From the NCBI GenBank assembly GCA_038230375.1, contig JBBRNJ010000076.1:1-43889 (forward strand): a DNA stretch of 43,889 nucleotides, in the 5' to 3' direction. The DNA comes from Polyangiales bacterium (GTDB lineage Bacteria > Myxococcota_A > Polyangia > Polyangiales > Polyangiaceae). Below the pieces are notes generated by a model. That model had not been told where the DNA came from. It saw only the letters and a program-made list of their open reading frames with translations, and did no database searches. Of the stretch, positions 17,513-27,244 are shown piece after piece. Each line of letters starts with the position of its first letter. The first letter of the stretch is position 1. The translations under genes were made by a program, and so were the position numbers.

Positions 17513-18589
17513 TCAGCGCGGCGCGGGCCAGTCAACACCCACGAAGATGGGCTCTGGCGTGAGCGTGACACCGAAGCGGGCGCGGACGCCATCGCGGATC
17601 TCCGCGGCAAGCGCGACGAGCTCGTGCGCCGTGCCCCCACGATTGACCAGCGCGAGGCTGTGCTTTCGCGACGTTCCCACGTTGCCGCGCGTGGTGCCCT
17701 TCGGAAATCCCGCGCGCTCGATCAGCCACGCGGCGGAGAGCTTCACCATGCCGGGCGCGTCCGGGAAGCGGGGCATCGACTCACCTGCGCCGAGCGACGC
17801 GCGCGCAGCGACAAGGTCCGCCTCCGCCGCAGGCACCACGGCGTTGGTGAAGAAGGAGCCCGCGCTCACGGACTCCGGGTCCAAGGGGTCCAGCACCATG
17901 CCCTTGCCACGGCGAAGCCCGATCACGGTGTCGCGCAGGAGCGAGAGCGGTGCGTGGCCGCCATCCTCGACTCCGACCGCGCGCAGGAGCTCGGCGTACG
18001 ACGGCACACGAGCCTCCTTCGCACGGCGAAACCGGAACCGCACGCTGGTGATGACATGGCGACTCTGACCGCGAAATGCGCTGCGGCGGTAGCCGAACGC
18101 GCACGCCGAAGCCGGGATGACGACGCTCTCGTTGGCGTCGCGATCGAACGCCGACACGTGCTCGATGACGGAGCTCACCTCCTGCCCGTACGCGCCGACA
18201 TTCTGCATGGGGACTGCGCCGGTGAGCCCGGGGATGCCAGACAGGCACTCGATGCCCGCGAGCCCCTCGGACACGGCAAACGCGCACAGCTCGTCCCATG
18301 GCTCGCCTGCGGCCACGTCGAGGAGCACGTCGTCGCCGCGGTCTTCGCGGTGGATCCCGCGGGACGCGATGTGGAGAACGGCGCCTTCGAAACCCGCGTC
18401 CGAAACGACGACATTGCTGCCGCCGCCGAGCACGAAGAGCGGCGTTCGTTCCCGCGCGGCGTCGGTGATGGTCGCGACGATCTCGTCGGTCGACGTGCAC
18501 GTGGTGAGCCGCCGCGCAGGTCCGCCCAGACGAAGGCTCACGAAAGATGACAGAAGTACGTCGTATTTCTCCTGCATTTCTTGCGGCAC
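17513..18589 (-). CDS. murB: UDP-N-acetylenolpyruvoylglucosamine reductase
   Basis: LGGGSN, LSGIPG, QNVGAYGQE, FGYRRSAF, SAGSFFTN, KLSAAWLIE, HSLALVN; start may be ATG 18577. Confidence 0.96.
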   Translation of the reverse strand: MPQEMQEKYDVLLSSFVSLRLGGPARRLTTCTSTDEIVATITDAARERTPLFVLGGGSNVVVSDAGFEGAVLHIASRGIHREDRGDDVLLDVAAGEPWDELCAFAVSEGLAGIECLSGIPGLTGAVPMQNVGAYGQEVSSVIEHVSAFDRDANESVVIPASACAFGYRRSAFRGQSRHVITSVRFRFRRAKEARVPSYAELLRAVGVEDGGHAPLSLLRDTVIGLRRGKGMVLDPLDPESVSAGSFFTNAVVPAAEADLVAARASLGAGESMPRFPDAPGMVKLSAAWLIERAGFPKGTTRGNVGTSRKHSLALVNRGGTAHELVALAAEIRDGVRARFGVTLTPEPIFVGVDWPAPR

Positions 18590-18609
18590 TTTGACATCTT
18601 TCGCGGCGA

Positions 18610-21159
18610 ATGCCGACGCGAAAGTGGCCGACGGAGCTCCCCATCGACAGCGCGCTCGACGCGATCGTCAGCACGCTCACGCGCGTCGGGGCATTGGTCG
18701 TGGAGGCGCCACCGGGCGCGGGCAAGACCACGCGCGTGCCTCAGGCGCTCCTGCCGGCGCTGGACGGCGAGATCATCGTGCTCGAGCCGCGACGTCTTGC
18801 GGCGCGCATGGCGGCGGACCGCGTCGCGTTCGAGATGGGCGAACCGGCCGGACAGACCGTGGGCTACAAGGTCCGCCACCTGGAACGGACCGGTCCGAAG
18901 ACGCGGCTCACGTTCGTGACCGAGGGCATCCTCACGCGACGTCTGCTCTCCGATCGCGAGCTGCGCGGCGTATCCTGCGTCATCCTGGACGAGGTGCATG
19001 AGCGCCACTTGCAGGGCGATCTCGCGCTCGCGCTCCTCTGCGAGCTACGCCGCACGGCACGACCCGACCTCAAGCTCGTCGCGATGAGCGCCACGCTGGA
19101 CGCCGCGCCGTTCGCTGCGTTCATGGGCGCGGAGGTCGTGCGCACGGAAGGCAGAAGGTTCGACGTGGCGCTCGAGTACGAGACGAGCCTGGCAGACAGG
19201 CCGCTGGAGGTGCAGGTCGCGAGCGCAGTCCGGAAGGCGGCGAAAGAGGAGCCCGATGGGCACATCCTGGTCTTCCTGCCCGGTGCCCGGGAGATCCGCC
19301 TGGCGCTCGCCGCCAGCGAGAGCGTGGCGCAGGCGCTGGACCTCACGCTGCTGCCGCTGCACGGCGACCTGACGCCAGACGAGCAAGATCGCGCGGTGCG
19401 AAAGGGCGATGCTCGCGCACGCAAGGTGATCTTCGCGACCAACGTGGCGGAGTCGAGCATCACCATCGACGGTGTGGTCGCCGTCATCGACTCTGGTCTG
19501 GCGCGCACGGCCGTGTACTCGCCATGGTCGGGGATGTCGGAGCTCTCCATCACGAAGGTGTCGCGCGCGTCGGCCACCCAGCGTGCAGGTCGCGCAGGGC
19601 GCACGCGCGCCGGTCGCGCAGTCCGCCTCTACACGAAGGCCGATTTTGATTCGCGGCCGGAGCAGGACGCTCCAGAGATCGCGCGCGCTGAGCTGTCGCA
19701 GACCGCGCTGGAGCTCGCGCTCGCCGGCAAGCTGGACCTCGCCTTCTTCGAACCGCCGCCAGAGAGGTCGTGGAGCGCCGCCGTCACGCTGCTCGGTAAG
19801 CTTGGCGCGCTCGACGCCAGCGGCAAGGTCACCGACACGGGGCGAGCGATGCTGTCCCACCCGCTTCATCCGCGCATCGCGCGCATGGTGATCGAGGGCG
19901 AACGGCGCGGCGTCCACACATCAGCCATCACCCTTGCCGCCATCCTGTCGGAGAAGGATCTGCGGCGAGAGGCGCGCGCCAGCTTCGGCGGCCAGAAGAC
20001 GGACGACCGCGCCACGGAGGACTCCGACGCCATCGCGATGCTGGATGCATTCAACGAGGCGCGCGACTCCTCGTTCTCGCGCCACGCCGTGCAGAGCCTT
20101 GGGCTGGACATGCGCGCGGTGATGTCCGCAGACGCCGCGCGGAAGGCCATGGAGCGAAGCACGCGCCCGCCGTTCGACGCCGCGAAGGATCGGGATGCGG
20201 CGCTACGGCTCGCGCTCCTGGCAGGGTTCCCGGATCGGGTGTGCCGCCGGAAACGCCCGGGTGGGCGCGAGCTGATCATGCCGGGGTTCGGCGCGGCGGA
20301 GCTGGACCCGGCGAGCGTGGTCCGCCACGCGATCTTCATGTGCGCGATCGACGCGACCGAGCGACGGATGCCGGGCGAGCGTGGCGCCGCGCGTCCGGTG
20401 GTGCGCATCGCGAGCGGCATCGATCCGCTCGACGTCCTGGAGCTGTTCCCCGAGCGCACGGAGGAGCGCGTCTCGGTGGAGTTCGACGCCGCAAAGGAGA
20501 AGGTCTTCGGCAAGAAGGAGCTCGTGTACGAGGGGCTCGCGATCGACGAGAGCACGCTGGACGCCGCGCACGATCCTCGCGCACAGGAGGTGCTCTTTCG
20601 CGCGGCGCGGGCGAAGGGGTTCGCTGCGTTCTGCGGCGAGGGCCAGCTGGAGCGCTTCCTCTTGCGCGCCCGGTTCGCCGCATCGCAGGATCCGTCCGTG
20701 GTGCCGCCTGCCGACGACGCGCTGTCCTTGATCCTGCTCTCCTTGTGTGAGGGACGCACGACGATCGCCGAGGTTCGAGCCGCTGGCTTCTTCGACTATG
20801 TCGTCAACGAGACGGCAGGGCGCGAGAGGCTGGACAGGCTCGCGCCGGAGCGGATCAAGCTCGTGAGCGGGCGCACCACGCAGATCGAATACGAGACCGG
20901 GAAGCCGCCATGGATCGAGTCCTACCTGCAGGACTTCTGCGGCACCACGGAGACCCCGAAGGCGGGCAACGTGCCGCTCGTGCTCCACCTGCTCGCGCCG
21001 AACAAGCGCGCGGTGCAGGTCACCACGGATCTCGCCGGCTTCTGGGACCGGCACTATCCGCAGATCCGCAAGGAGCTGATGCGAAAGTATCCACGCCACG
21101 GCTGGCCCGAAGATCCGCGCGTCGTGGTCGTGGAGGCCAGGCCGCCTCGGCGGCGCTGA
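18610..21159 (+). CDS. hrpB: ATP-dependent RNA helicase HrpB
   Basis: APPGAGKTT, DEVHER, MSAT, TNVAESSITI, QRAGRAGR and the HrpB C-terminal LLAPNKRAVQVTTDLAGFW...YPRHGWP. Confidence 0.95.
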   Translation: MPTRKWPTELPIDSALDAIVSTLTRVGALVVEAPPGAGKTTRVPQALLPALDGEIIVLEPRRLAARMAADRVAFEMGEPAGQTVGYKVRHLERTGPKTRLTFVTEGILTRRLLSDRELRGVSCVILDEVHERHLQGDLALALLCELRRTARPDLKLVAMSATLDAAPFAAFMGAEVVRTEGRRFDVALEYETSLADRPLEVQVASAVRKAAKEEPDGHILVFLPGAREIRLALAASESVAQALDLTLLPLHGDLTPDEQDRAVRKGDARARKVIFATNVAESSITIDGVVAVIDSGLARTAVYSPWSGMSELSITKVSRASATQRAGRAGRTRAGRAVRLYTKADFDSRPEQDAPEIARAELSQTALELALAGKLDLAFFEPPPERSWSAAVTLLGKLGALDASGKVTDTGRAMLSHPLHPRIARMVIEGERRGVHTSAITLAAILSEKDLRREARASFGGQKTDDRATEDSDAIAMLDAFNEARDSSFSRHAVQSLGLDMRAVMSADAARKAMERSTRPPFDAAKDRDAALRLALLAGFPDRVCRRKRPGGRELIMPGFGAAELDPASVVRHAIFMCAIDATERRMPGERGAARPVVRIASGIDPLDVLELFPERTEERVSVEFDAAKEKVFGKKELVYEGLAIDESTLDAAHDPRAQEVLFRAARAKGFAAFCGEGQLERFLLRARFAASQDPSVVPPADDALSLILLSLCEGRTTIAEVRAAGFFDYVVNETAGRERLDRLAPERIKLVSGRTTQIEYETGKPPWIESYLQDFCGTTETPKAGNVPLVLHLLAPNKRAVQVTTDLAGFWDRHYPQIRKELMRKYPRHGWPEDPRVVVVEARPPRRR

Positions 21160-21271
21160 GCCATCCACGCACTCTCGAAGCGGAGGTCAGGCCGCCTCGG
21201 CGGCGCTGAGCCATCCACGCACTCTCGAAGCGGAGGCCAGGCCGCCTCGGCGGCGCTGAGCCATCCACGCA
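21132..21271. repeat. 50-bp tandem repeat (2.8 copies) duplicating the 3' end of hrpB
   Basis: GGAGGCCAGGCCGCCTCGGCGGCGCTGAGCCATCCACGCACTCTCGAAGC at 21132, 21182 (one substitution) and 21232 (partial). Confidence 0.95.
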
Positions 21272-21272
21272 T

Positions 21273-21875
21273 CTACTGGCGTGCCCACCAGAACGCGGCG
21301 GTGCCGAGCAGGCAGAACAGGAGCAGGGCGATGGCGAACGCGATGGCCTTCTCGACCGGCGACGCGCGCCGCTCTCTCACGACGACGGTGTTGGACGGGC
21401 TTCGCATCGGAGGCAGATCGGCGATGGTCAGCGGAGGAGCAGGCGTGCGTCCTGAAGCCGGACTGGGCGCAGGCGTGGCGAGCGGTGCATTGGCCTTGAA
21501 CGAGCCGGAGGCGTTGTTGGCCGGCTCGGCGACCACGCGCGGAGAGGACACCGGCGACGAAGATGGAGGACCCGAGATATGCCCCTTGGCCTTCACCTTG
21601 GAGCCGCTCTCGAACGAGGGCGGCAATCGCGTGCTCTCGGGCGACTCGTCGGCGGGCGCCGTGACAGGATCCAGGATGACCGGCGGCATGTCCGTCTTGA
21701 CCTGCACGGGCGCTGGCACGTTCGTGGGCCCCGATGAGGCATAGGAGAGACTGGACTGCCCCGCCGACTCGCTCGCGCGGCGCGAACGTTCGGATAGGGG
21801 CGCCCTATCTACGCCGTGGTCCGCGCCGATCTGAGGATTCGGCCGCGGCAGCTGCTTGTCCCGGTCGGACGGCAC
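21273..21875 (-). CDS. Pro/Ser-rich protein with a C-terminal TM helix
   Basis: Low-complexity 200 aa ORF ending AIAFAIALLLFCLLGTAAFWW; co-oriented with the kinase. Confidence 0.65.
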   Translation of the reverse strand: MPSDRDKQLPRPNPQIGADHGVDRAPLSERSRRASESAGQSSLSYASSGPTNVPAPVQVKTDMPPVILDPVTAPADESPESTRLPPSFESGSKVKAKGHISGPPSSSPVSSPRVVAEPANNASGSFKANAPLATPAPSPASGRTPAPPLTIADLPPMRSPSNTVVVRERRASPVEKAIAFAIALLLFCLLGTAAFWWARQ

Positions 21876-21949
21876 CGCGAAAGCGTACCTTGGCTAGCGG
21901 GCCCTGTCTCCAAAAACGCTTAATTCGCCGGACCTGGGAGCGCCGAGCG

Positions 21950-24187
21950 TCAGAGATCGACGCCCGGCTCGCCTGGCTTGGTGGGCACCGCGGGCTTGGG
22001 AGCGGGCTCCCCGGCGGGCTTCTCCGGCGGCTTTGTCGCTGCTTTTCCGGTGCCCACGCGCACACCGGGCTGACGTGCTGGGCTGGTTGTTGGCGCGCCG
22101 GCGGCGGCAACCACGGAGCTTCCGATGGAGGAGCTTTGCGAGGCGGTCGCAGCCGCGGAGGCGATCGCAGCGCTGCCTGATGAGGCTGGCTGAGCGACCG
22201 GAGCGAGCGAGGCGATGGTCGTGGGAGGAGTAGCGACGGCAGCGGTCGATGGGAGGTCCACGGCGCGCGACACCGCGGCCGCTGCCCGCGACGGCACGAT
22301 GCGACGCATCACGAACCCAGTGGGGACGAGCGCGACGACCGCGAGCAGGATCCCCGTGAGCACCGCCGGCGTCTTTCCGCGCGCGTCGCGTCGTGATGTG
22401 GTGATCGACACCGCGCCGACGCCGCCCGTGCTCGGCTGAGCCATCGCGCCGTGGCCGCGCGGGAAGACCAGATCCATGTTGGCCGCGATGGTGCGGCCGT
22501 TCTCGTCGGTTCGATGTGTATCCGTCCCTGGAGCCCTTGCCGCGACGGCGGGCTGATAGCCGCGGGTCTCCGCGCTGCGATCGACAGCTCCAGCCTGCGG
22601 CGGCGGCGGCGGCTGAACCGACGGCGTGCGCGGTCGCATGAGCGGCGTCGCAGGTTGCGCAGTGTGTGGCGCGCGGGACGCCTCGAAGGCGTCGAAGGGC
22701 TGCGAGATCTGCTGCTGCCGCGCGGGCTGCGGCATGAGCGCGGTCGCGGGGCTCGGCGGTGCGGCGGATGGGATCGGCACCTGCGACTGCGGCGCGTTCG
22801 GCCCCACGGCATGCCCCGCGTATCCGAGGCCAGCGTTGGACGCGAGCGTGGGTCCGACAGGCTCCGCGCGGACCATGCCTGGTGCCATGCCGGGCGGCTT
22901 CACCATCGTGGGGCCGTCGCTCGCGGGCTCGGGGTTCGTGCCGATCGATGCAAGCGTGGCCGCGTACGGCGTTTGTGCGTACGGCGTTGCAGCGACGCGC
23001 GCCGCAGCCTGGGCCGCCGCGTCCGCGAGGTTGAGCAGCGTGGCCTCGTCTCCGGTCATGGGCGCGTGCGAACCAGCCATGGTGGAGGCGTGCGCGGAGA
23101 CGGGCCCGGTCTGGATGGTCGATGGCACGCCATGCGGACCAGAGGCAGGCGGCTGCAGCGGGCCCACGCGCGTGTCCGGCATCTGCGTGGAGTCGAGCCC
23201 CATGGGAGCTTCTTGGCGCGTGGGAGCGCTCGCGTACGCGTTCGGTGGTCCGTGAGGAGCCACCTGCGATGGCGACGCGGTGAGCGGGCTCACCTGCGTC
23301 TGCGGGGCGCGCGGCGCGGACTCCGCATCGCGCAGCATACGGCGCAGCTCACTGGCGTAGCGGAACGCGTCCTTTGGCCGATGCGACGGCTCCTTTGCGA
23401 GCGAGCTCATCACGAGCATCTCGACCTCGCGCGGGAGCTGCGTGAAGCGCGACAGCGGCGGCGGCGACGACTGGATGTGCGCGCGCCCCACCTCCGCCAG
23501 ATCGCGGATGTCGTCGAAGGGCCCCTGCCCGGCGAGCATCTCGTAGATGACGAGGCCCGCGGAGTACACGTCGGTCATGGGCGTGAGCGGGTTCGTGAGC
23601 ACCTGCTCCGGTGATGCATAGCGCATGGTCCCCACGAAGCGGCCCATGGTGTCTGTCTTCGTGGCGGTATCGAGCAGGCGCATGATGCCGAAGTCGAGCA
23701 GCTTCGTGGTGGTGGTGCCGTTGAGGTTCCTGTGAAGGAACACGTTCTCGGGCTTCACGTCGCGGTGGATGACGCCGTTGTCGTGGGCGTGCGCGAGCGC
23801 GTCGAGCAGATCGATCCCGATGCGGTAGGCGTGGATGGGGTCGAGCGCGCCCTTCTTCTCCAGCACCGTGCGGAGGTTCTGCCCGTTGAGGCGCTCCATC
23901 ACGTAGTACGGGAGGTGGATCTCGTCCTGGGTCTCACCCGCGGTGACGACCTCGACGATGTTGGGATGCTGGAGGCGAGCGAGGATGCGTGCCTCTTGCT
24001 CCATGCGCCGCGCGAGATCGTTCCGACCGAAGAGATCCGGATGGAGCGTCTTCAGCATGTAGCGCTTGCCGACGGTCGTGTCCTCGACATCGAAGACGCT
24101 GCCCATGCCGCCGGTGGCCACGTGGCGGACCACGCGATACACCGTGCCTCTGATCAGCTCCCCGGGTTGGTACATGCGGGCGCCCAT
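21950..24187 (-). CDS. Hanks-type Ser/Thr protein kinase with Pro-rich linker and TM helix
   Basis: TGGMGSV, HRDVKPEN, DFG, YASPEQ, DVYSAG; TM VLTGILLAVVALV. Confidence 0.95.
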   Translation of the reverse strand: MGARMYQPGELIRGTVYRVVRHVATGGMGSVFDVEDTTVGKRYMLKTLHPDLFGRNDLARRMEQEARILARLQHPNIVEVVTAGETQDEIHLPYYVMERLNGQNLRTVLEKKGALDPIHAYRIGIDLLDALAHAHDNGVIHRDVKPENVFLHRNLNGTTTTKLLDFGIMRLLDTATKTDTMGRFVGTMRYASPEQVLTNPLTPMTDVYSAGLVIYEMLAGQGPFDDIRDLAEVGRAHIQSSPPPLSRFTQLPREVEMLVMSSLAKEPSHRPKDAFRYASELRRMLRDAESAPRAPQTQVSPLTASPSQVAPHGPPNAYASAPTRQEAPMGLDSTQMPDTRVGPLQPPASGPHGVPSTIQTGPVSAHASTMAGSHAPMTGDEATLLNLADAAAQAAARVAATPYAQTPYAATLASIGTNPEPASDGPTMVKPPGMAPGMVRAEPVGPTLASNAGLGYAGHAVGPNAPQSQVPIPSAAPPSPATALMPQPARQQQISQPFDAFEASRAPHTAQPATPLMRPRTPSVQPPPPPQAGAVDRSAETRGYQPAVAARAPGTDTHRTDENGRTIAANMDLVFPRGHGAMAQPSTGGVGAVSITTSRRDARGKTPAVLTGILLAVVALVPTGFVMRRIVPSRAAAAVSRAVDLPSTAAVATPPTTIASLAPVAQPASSGSAAIASAAATASQSSSIGSSVVAAAGAPTTSPARQPGVRVGTGKAATKPPEKPAGEPAPKPAVPTKPGEPGVDL

Positions 24188-24358
24188 CGCGTGGCCTTAG
24201 CGTAGCGGGTCCGCGCGAGTCTGAGAACTCTCTGAGCACTCCCGCCGTGACGCGCAACCAAGCGTCATGCTACGGTCGCGAAAATCCGGCCCAGCACCAC
24301 CCCATACCATTGATTTCACTGCATATTTCACCCACCGTCTGCCGGGGCGCCGCATAGC

Positions 24359-26293
24359 ATGTGCGGCATCGTAGGGCTCGTGTCGTTCGATTCGTCGAGA
24401 GACGGCGCCGTTGCGCTGGTCTCGCAGATGTCCGAACGCATGGCCCATCGCGGTCCCGATGGTGGCGGCGTGACGTGGCACCCGGATGCGACGCTCGGCA
24501 TGAAGCGGCTCGCGATCGTGGACGTGGAGCATGGGAAGCAGCCCATGCTGAACGACGACGAGTCCATCGCGCTCGTCTACAACGGAGAGATCTACAACGC
24601 GCCCGCCCTGCGCGAGGAGCTCATGAAGAAGGGCGTCCGCTTCCGCACGCGCAGCGACACGGAGGTCATCCTGCGCCTGTACGAGCACGACCCCGAGCAC
24701 GTGGAAGCGCACCTTGCGGGAATGTGGGCGTTCGTGATCCACGATCGCAAGCGCAGGCAGGTGGTGCTCAGCCGCGACCGCTTCGGCATCAAGCCGCTCT
24801 TCGTCGTGGATACGGGCAAGGCGCTGGCGTTCGCGTCGGAGCTACGGTGCTTCGACCGCAGCGTGGCGCCGTTCACGAAGAGCTTCGAGCTGGATCCGAT
24901 CTCGGCTCACGCGATGGTGTCGTGGAGCTACGTGCCGGAGGACGCCACCATCTACAAGGGCGTGCGGCGCCTGCCGCCGGCGACGCGTCTGGTCTGTGAC
25001 CTGGAGTCGAATGGTCGCACGAGGGAGACGTACTACCGCGTGCGTCCTTCGCGAGAGGCGGCCAGCATTCGCACGCTGGACGACGCCTGCGTGGAGGTCG
25101 ACCGCACGTTGCGGCGCGCCGTTCACGAGCACCTCGAGAGCGACGTGCCCATCGCCACGTTCCTGTCCGGTGGCATCGACTCCTCCCTGATCACCGCCTA
25201 TGCCGTGGAGGAGTCCGCGCGACCGGTGCGCGCATTCACGATTGGCTTCCAGGAGACGCGCTTCGACGAATCGCCGTTCGCGCGGCAGACCGCCGAAAAG
25301 ATCGGCGTGCCCATCCACGTGGAGATGTTCGACGAGGAGAAGGCGCGCGACAAGCTCGCGGACGCGATACTCGCCTACGACGAGCCATTCGGCGACTCCT
25401 CCAGTCTTGCGGTGTACCTGCTCTCCAGCGTGGTCGGGCAGAACTACAAGGTGGCCCTGGGCGGAGACGGCGGAGACGAGGTCTTCGCGGGCTACACGAA
25501 GTACCGCATCAACCTCCTCAGGCAACCTTTCGTGCACACCCCGCGGCTGCGCGACTCCCTCGCAAGCGCGCTGAGCCTCGTTCCCTCGCGCATGGACCGC
25601 ACGTCCAGGTGGAGCGAGGTGACGCGTCAGGTGGGCCGCATCTCGCGCGGGCTCGGCGGCGCAGATGATGTAGTCTACACGCAACTCACGCAGTTCGCGG
25701 CCCTGTCGCGCACGGCGCCACTCATGCAAGCGCCAGGGGGCGCGGAGATGTTCGAGCGCATGGCGCAGGACCGGTTCCTTGCGGCGGAGGGCAGCGCGCT
25801 GCAGCGCTCGCTCGCCGCCGACATGGGGAACCCGCTGCCGAACGACATGCTCACGAAGGTGGATCGCGCGAGCATGGCGTGTCACCTGGAAGCGCGCGTG
25901 CCCTTCCTGGATCACAGGCTCGTGGAGCTCGGGCTCGGGCTCGATCAGCGCTTCACGCTCGCGTTCGCGGGGAAGCGCGTGCTGAAGACGCTGCACGAGC
26001 GGCGCTTCGGGCGGAAGCTCGCGCGACGAAAGAAGATGGGCTTTGGCGTTCCCGTCGAGAAGTGGCTGCGAACCTCGTTCGACGGCGCGTGTGAGCGCCT
26101 GTTCTCTGCTGCGCGCCTGCAGCGCTTTGGTCTGCTCTCGCCCGGCGCGCTGGGGCACGGTCGCTTCCGCGAGTGGCGCGCGCGGGATCCGCTGATCCTC
26201 TGGTACGCGTTCGCGCTCGCGTGCTGGTGCGAGGCGAACCTGGGCGACGGACCGGATGCGCTGCGTGAGCTCCTGCACGCGAAGAAGTCCTGA
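24359..26293 (+). CDS. asnB: Asparagine synthase (glutamine-hydrolysing) family amidotransferase
   Basis: MCGI, HRGPD, NGEIYN, RDRFGIKPL, LSGGIDSS, GDGGDE, KVDRASMA..LEARVPFLD. The context suggests glycan amidation. Confidence 0.93.
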   Translation: MCGIVGLVSFDSSRDGAVALVSQMSERMAHRGPDGGGVTWHPDATLGMKRLAIVDVEHGKQPMLNDDESIALVYNGEIYNAPALREELMKKGVRFRTRSDTEVILRLYEHDPEHVEAHLAGMWAFVIHDRKRRQVVLSRDRFGIKPLFVVDTGKALAFASELRCFDRSVAPFTKSFELDPISAHAMVSWSYVPEDATIYKGVRRLPPATRLVCDLESNGRTRETYYRVRPSREAASIRTLDDACVEVDRTLRRAVHEHLESDVPIATFLSGGIDSSLITAYAVEESARPVRAFTIGFQETRFDESPFARQTAEKIGVPIHVEMFDEEKARDKLADAILAYDEPFGDSSSLAVYLLSSVVGQNYKVALGGDGGDEVFAGYTKYRINLLRQPFVHTPRLRDSLASALSLVPSRMDRTSRWSEVTRQVGRISRGLGGADDVVYTQLTQFAALSRTAPLMQAPGGAEMFERMAQDRFLAAEGSALQRSLAADMGNPLPNDMLTKVDRASMACHLEARVPFLDHRLVELGLGLDQRFTLAFAGKRVLKTLHERRFGRKLARRKKMGFGVPVEKWLRTSFDGACERLFSAARLQRFGLLSPGALGHGRFREWRARDPLILWYAFALACWCEANLGDGPDALRELLHAKKS

Positions 26294-26295
26294 CC

Positions 26296-27189
26296 ATGAC
26301 GAAGCGAACGAAGGTGCTCCTCGCGATCGTGATCGTCCTGCTCCTGCCGCTGGGGTTCGTGGTCTCGCCGAGCTCGTTTCATCGCGGCAACGAGCACGTG
26401 CTATTGCCCGCGAAGGATCCCGGCGCGATCGTGCCGCACGGAAAGCCCGCGCCGCTCATGGATGCCACCACGGAGAAGCGTACATTTGCCGCTGGGGGCA
26501 GAGAGCGCCAGGTCCTGGTGGTCACGCCCAAGGTCCTGGACCCATCTCCCTGGCTCATCCTGGTGCTGCACGGAGATGGCGGCTCTGCGGTTTCGTTCCA
26601 CGGCGCGTACGCCTACGAGCGCGCATCGGGCTCGCGCGCGGTCCTCGCCTATCCCGACGGCGGGTGGGATCTGGAGACGCTCGACGGCAACGAGGACGAA
26701 GCGTACCTGCAAGGGATCATCGACACGTTGACCCGCGAGTACAAGATCGACGCGTCCCACGTGTTCGCGACCGGATACTCGAGCGGCGGATTCTTCATCA
26801 ACGTGTTCGCGTGTCACCGCCCCGGCGTGCTGCGCGCGATCGCATCCTCCGCCGCCGGCGCGCCGTACAACCAGAAGCAGAAGTGGCCGAACGGATACGC
26901 GGGCTGCCCCCAACAGAAACCCATCCCGATGATGGCGCTCCACGGCACGAAGGACTTCGGAGTGTCGCTGGAGAGCGGCCGGTTCTCCGCGCAGTACTGG
27001 GCGTACGTGAACGGATGCGATCTCGTGAAGCAGGAGACCACTGCCTACGCCGAGTGCGTGACTTATGCAGGCTGTCCGACCAGGTCCCCCGTCGCGTACT
27101 GTGAGATCCCGGAGCTGGGGCACTGGGTCTGGTCCGAGTCCGCGGAGGCGAGCTTCGCCTTCTTCGACAGGGTTGCCAACAGCCATTGA
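26296..27189 (+). CDS. Alpha/beta hydrolase, PHB-depolymerase/LpqP-like esterase with N-terminal anchor
   Basis: LVLHG, nucleophile elbow GYSSGG, HGTKD, GHWVW. Confidence 0.85.
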   Translation: MTKRTKVLLAIVIVLLLPLGFVVSPSSFHRGNEHVLLPAKDPGAIVPHGKPAPLMDATTEKRTFAAGGRERQVLVVTPKVLDPSPWLILVLHGDGGSAVSFHGAYAYERASGSRAVLAYPDGGWDLETLDGNEDEAYLQGIIDTLTREYKIDASHVFATGYSSGGFFINVFACHRPGVLRAIASSAAGAPYNQKQKWPNGYAGCPQQKPIPMMALHGTKDFGVSLESGRFSAQYWAYVNGCDLVKQETTAYAECVTYAGCPTRSPVAYCEIPELGHWVWSESAEASFAFFDRVANSH

Positions 27190-27244
27190 TCCTCTCGACG
27201 TCGCCTGCCCCGCGTCTCAGGTCTGCGGACCACGCCGTGGAGAA

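Noticed and set aside
21132..21271. Mini-CRISPR at the 50-bp or 29-bp repeats
   Set aside because: Units are head-to-tail with no unique spacers.
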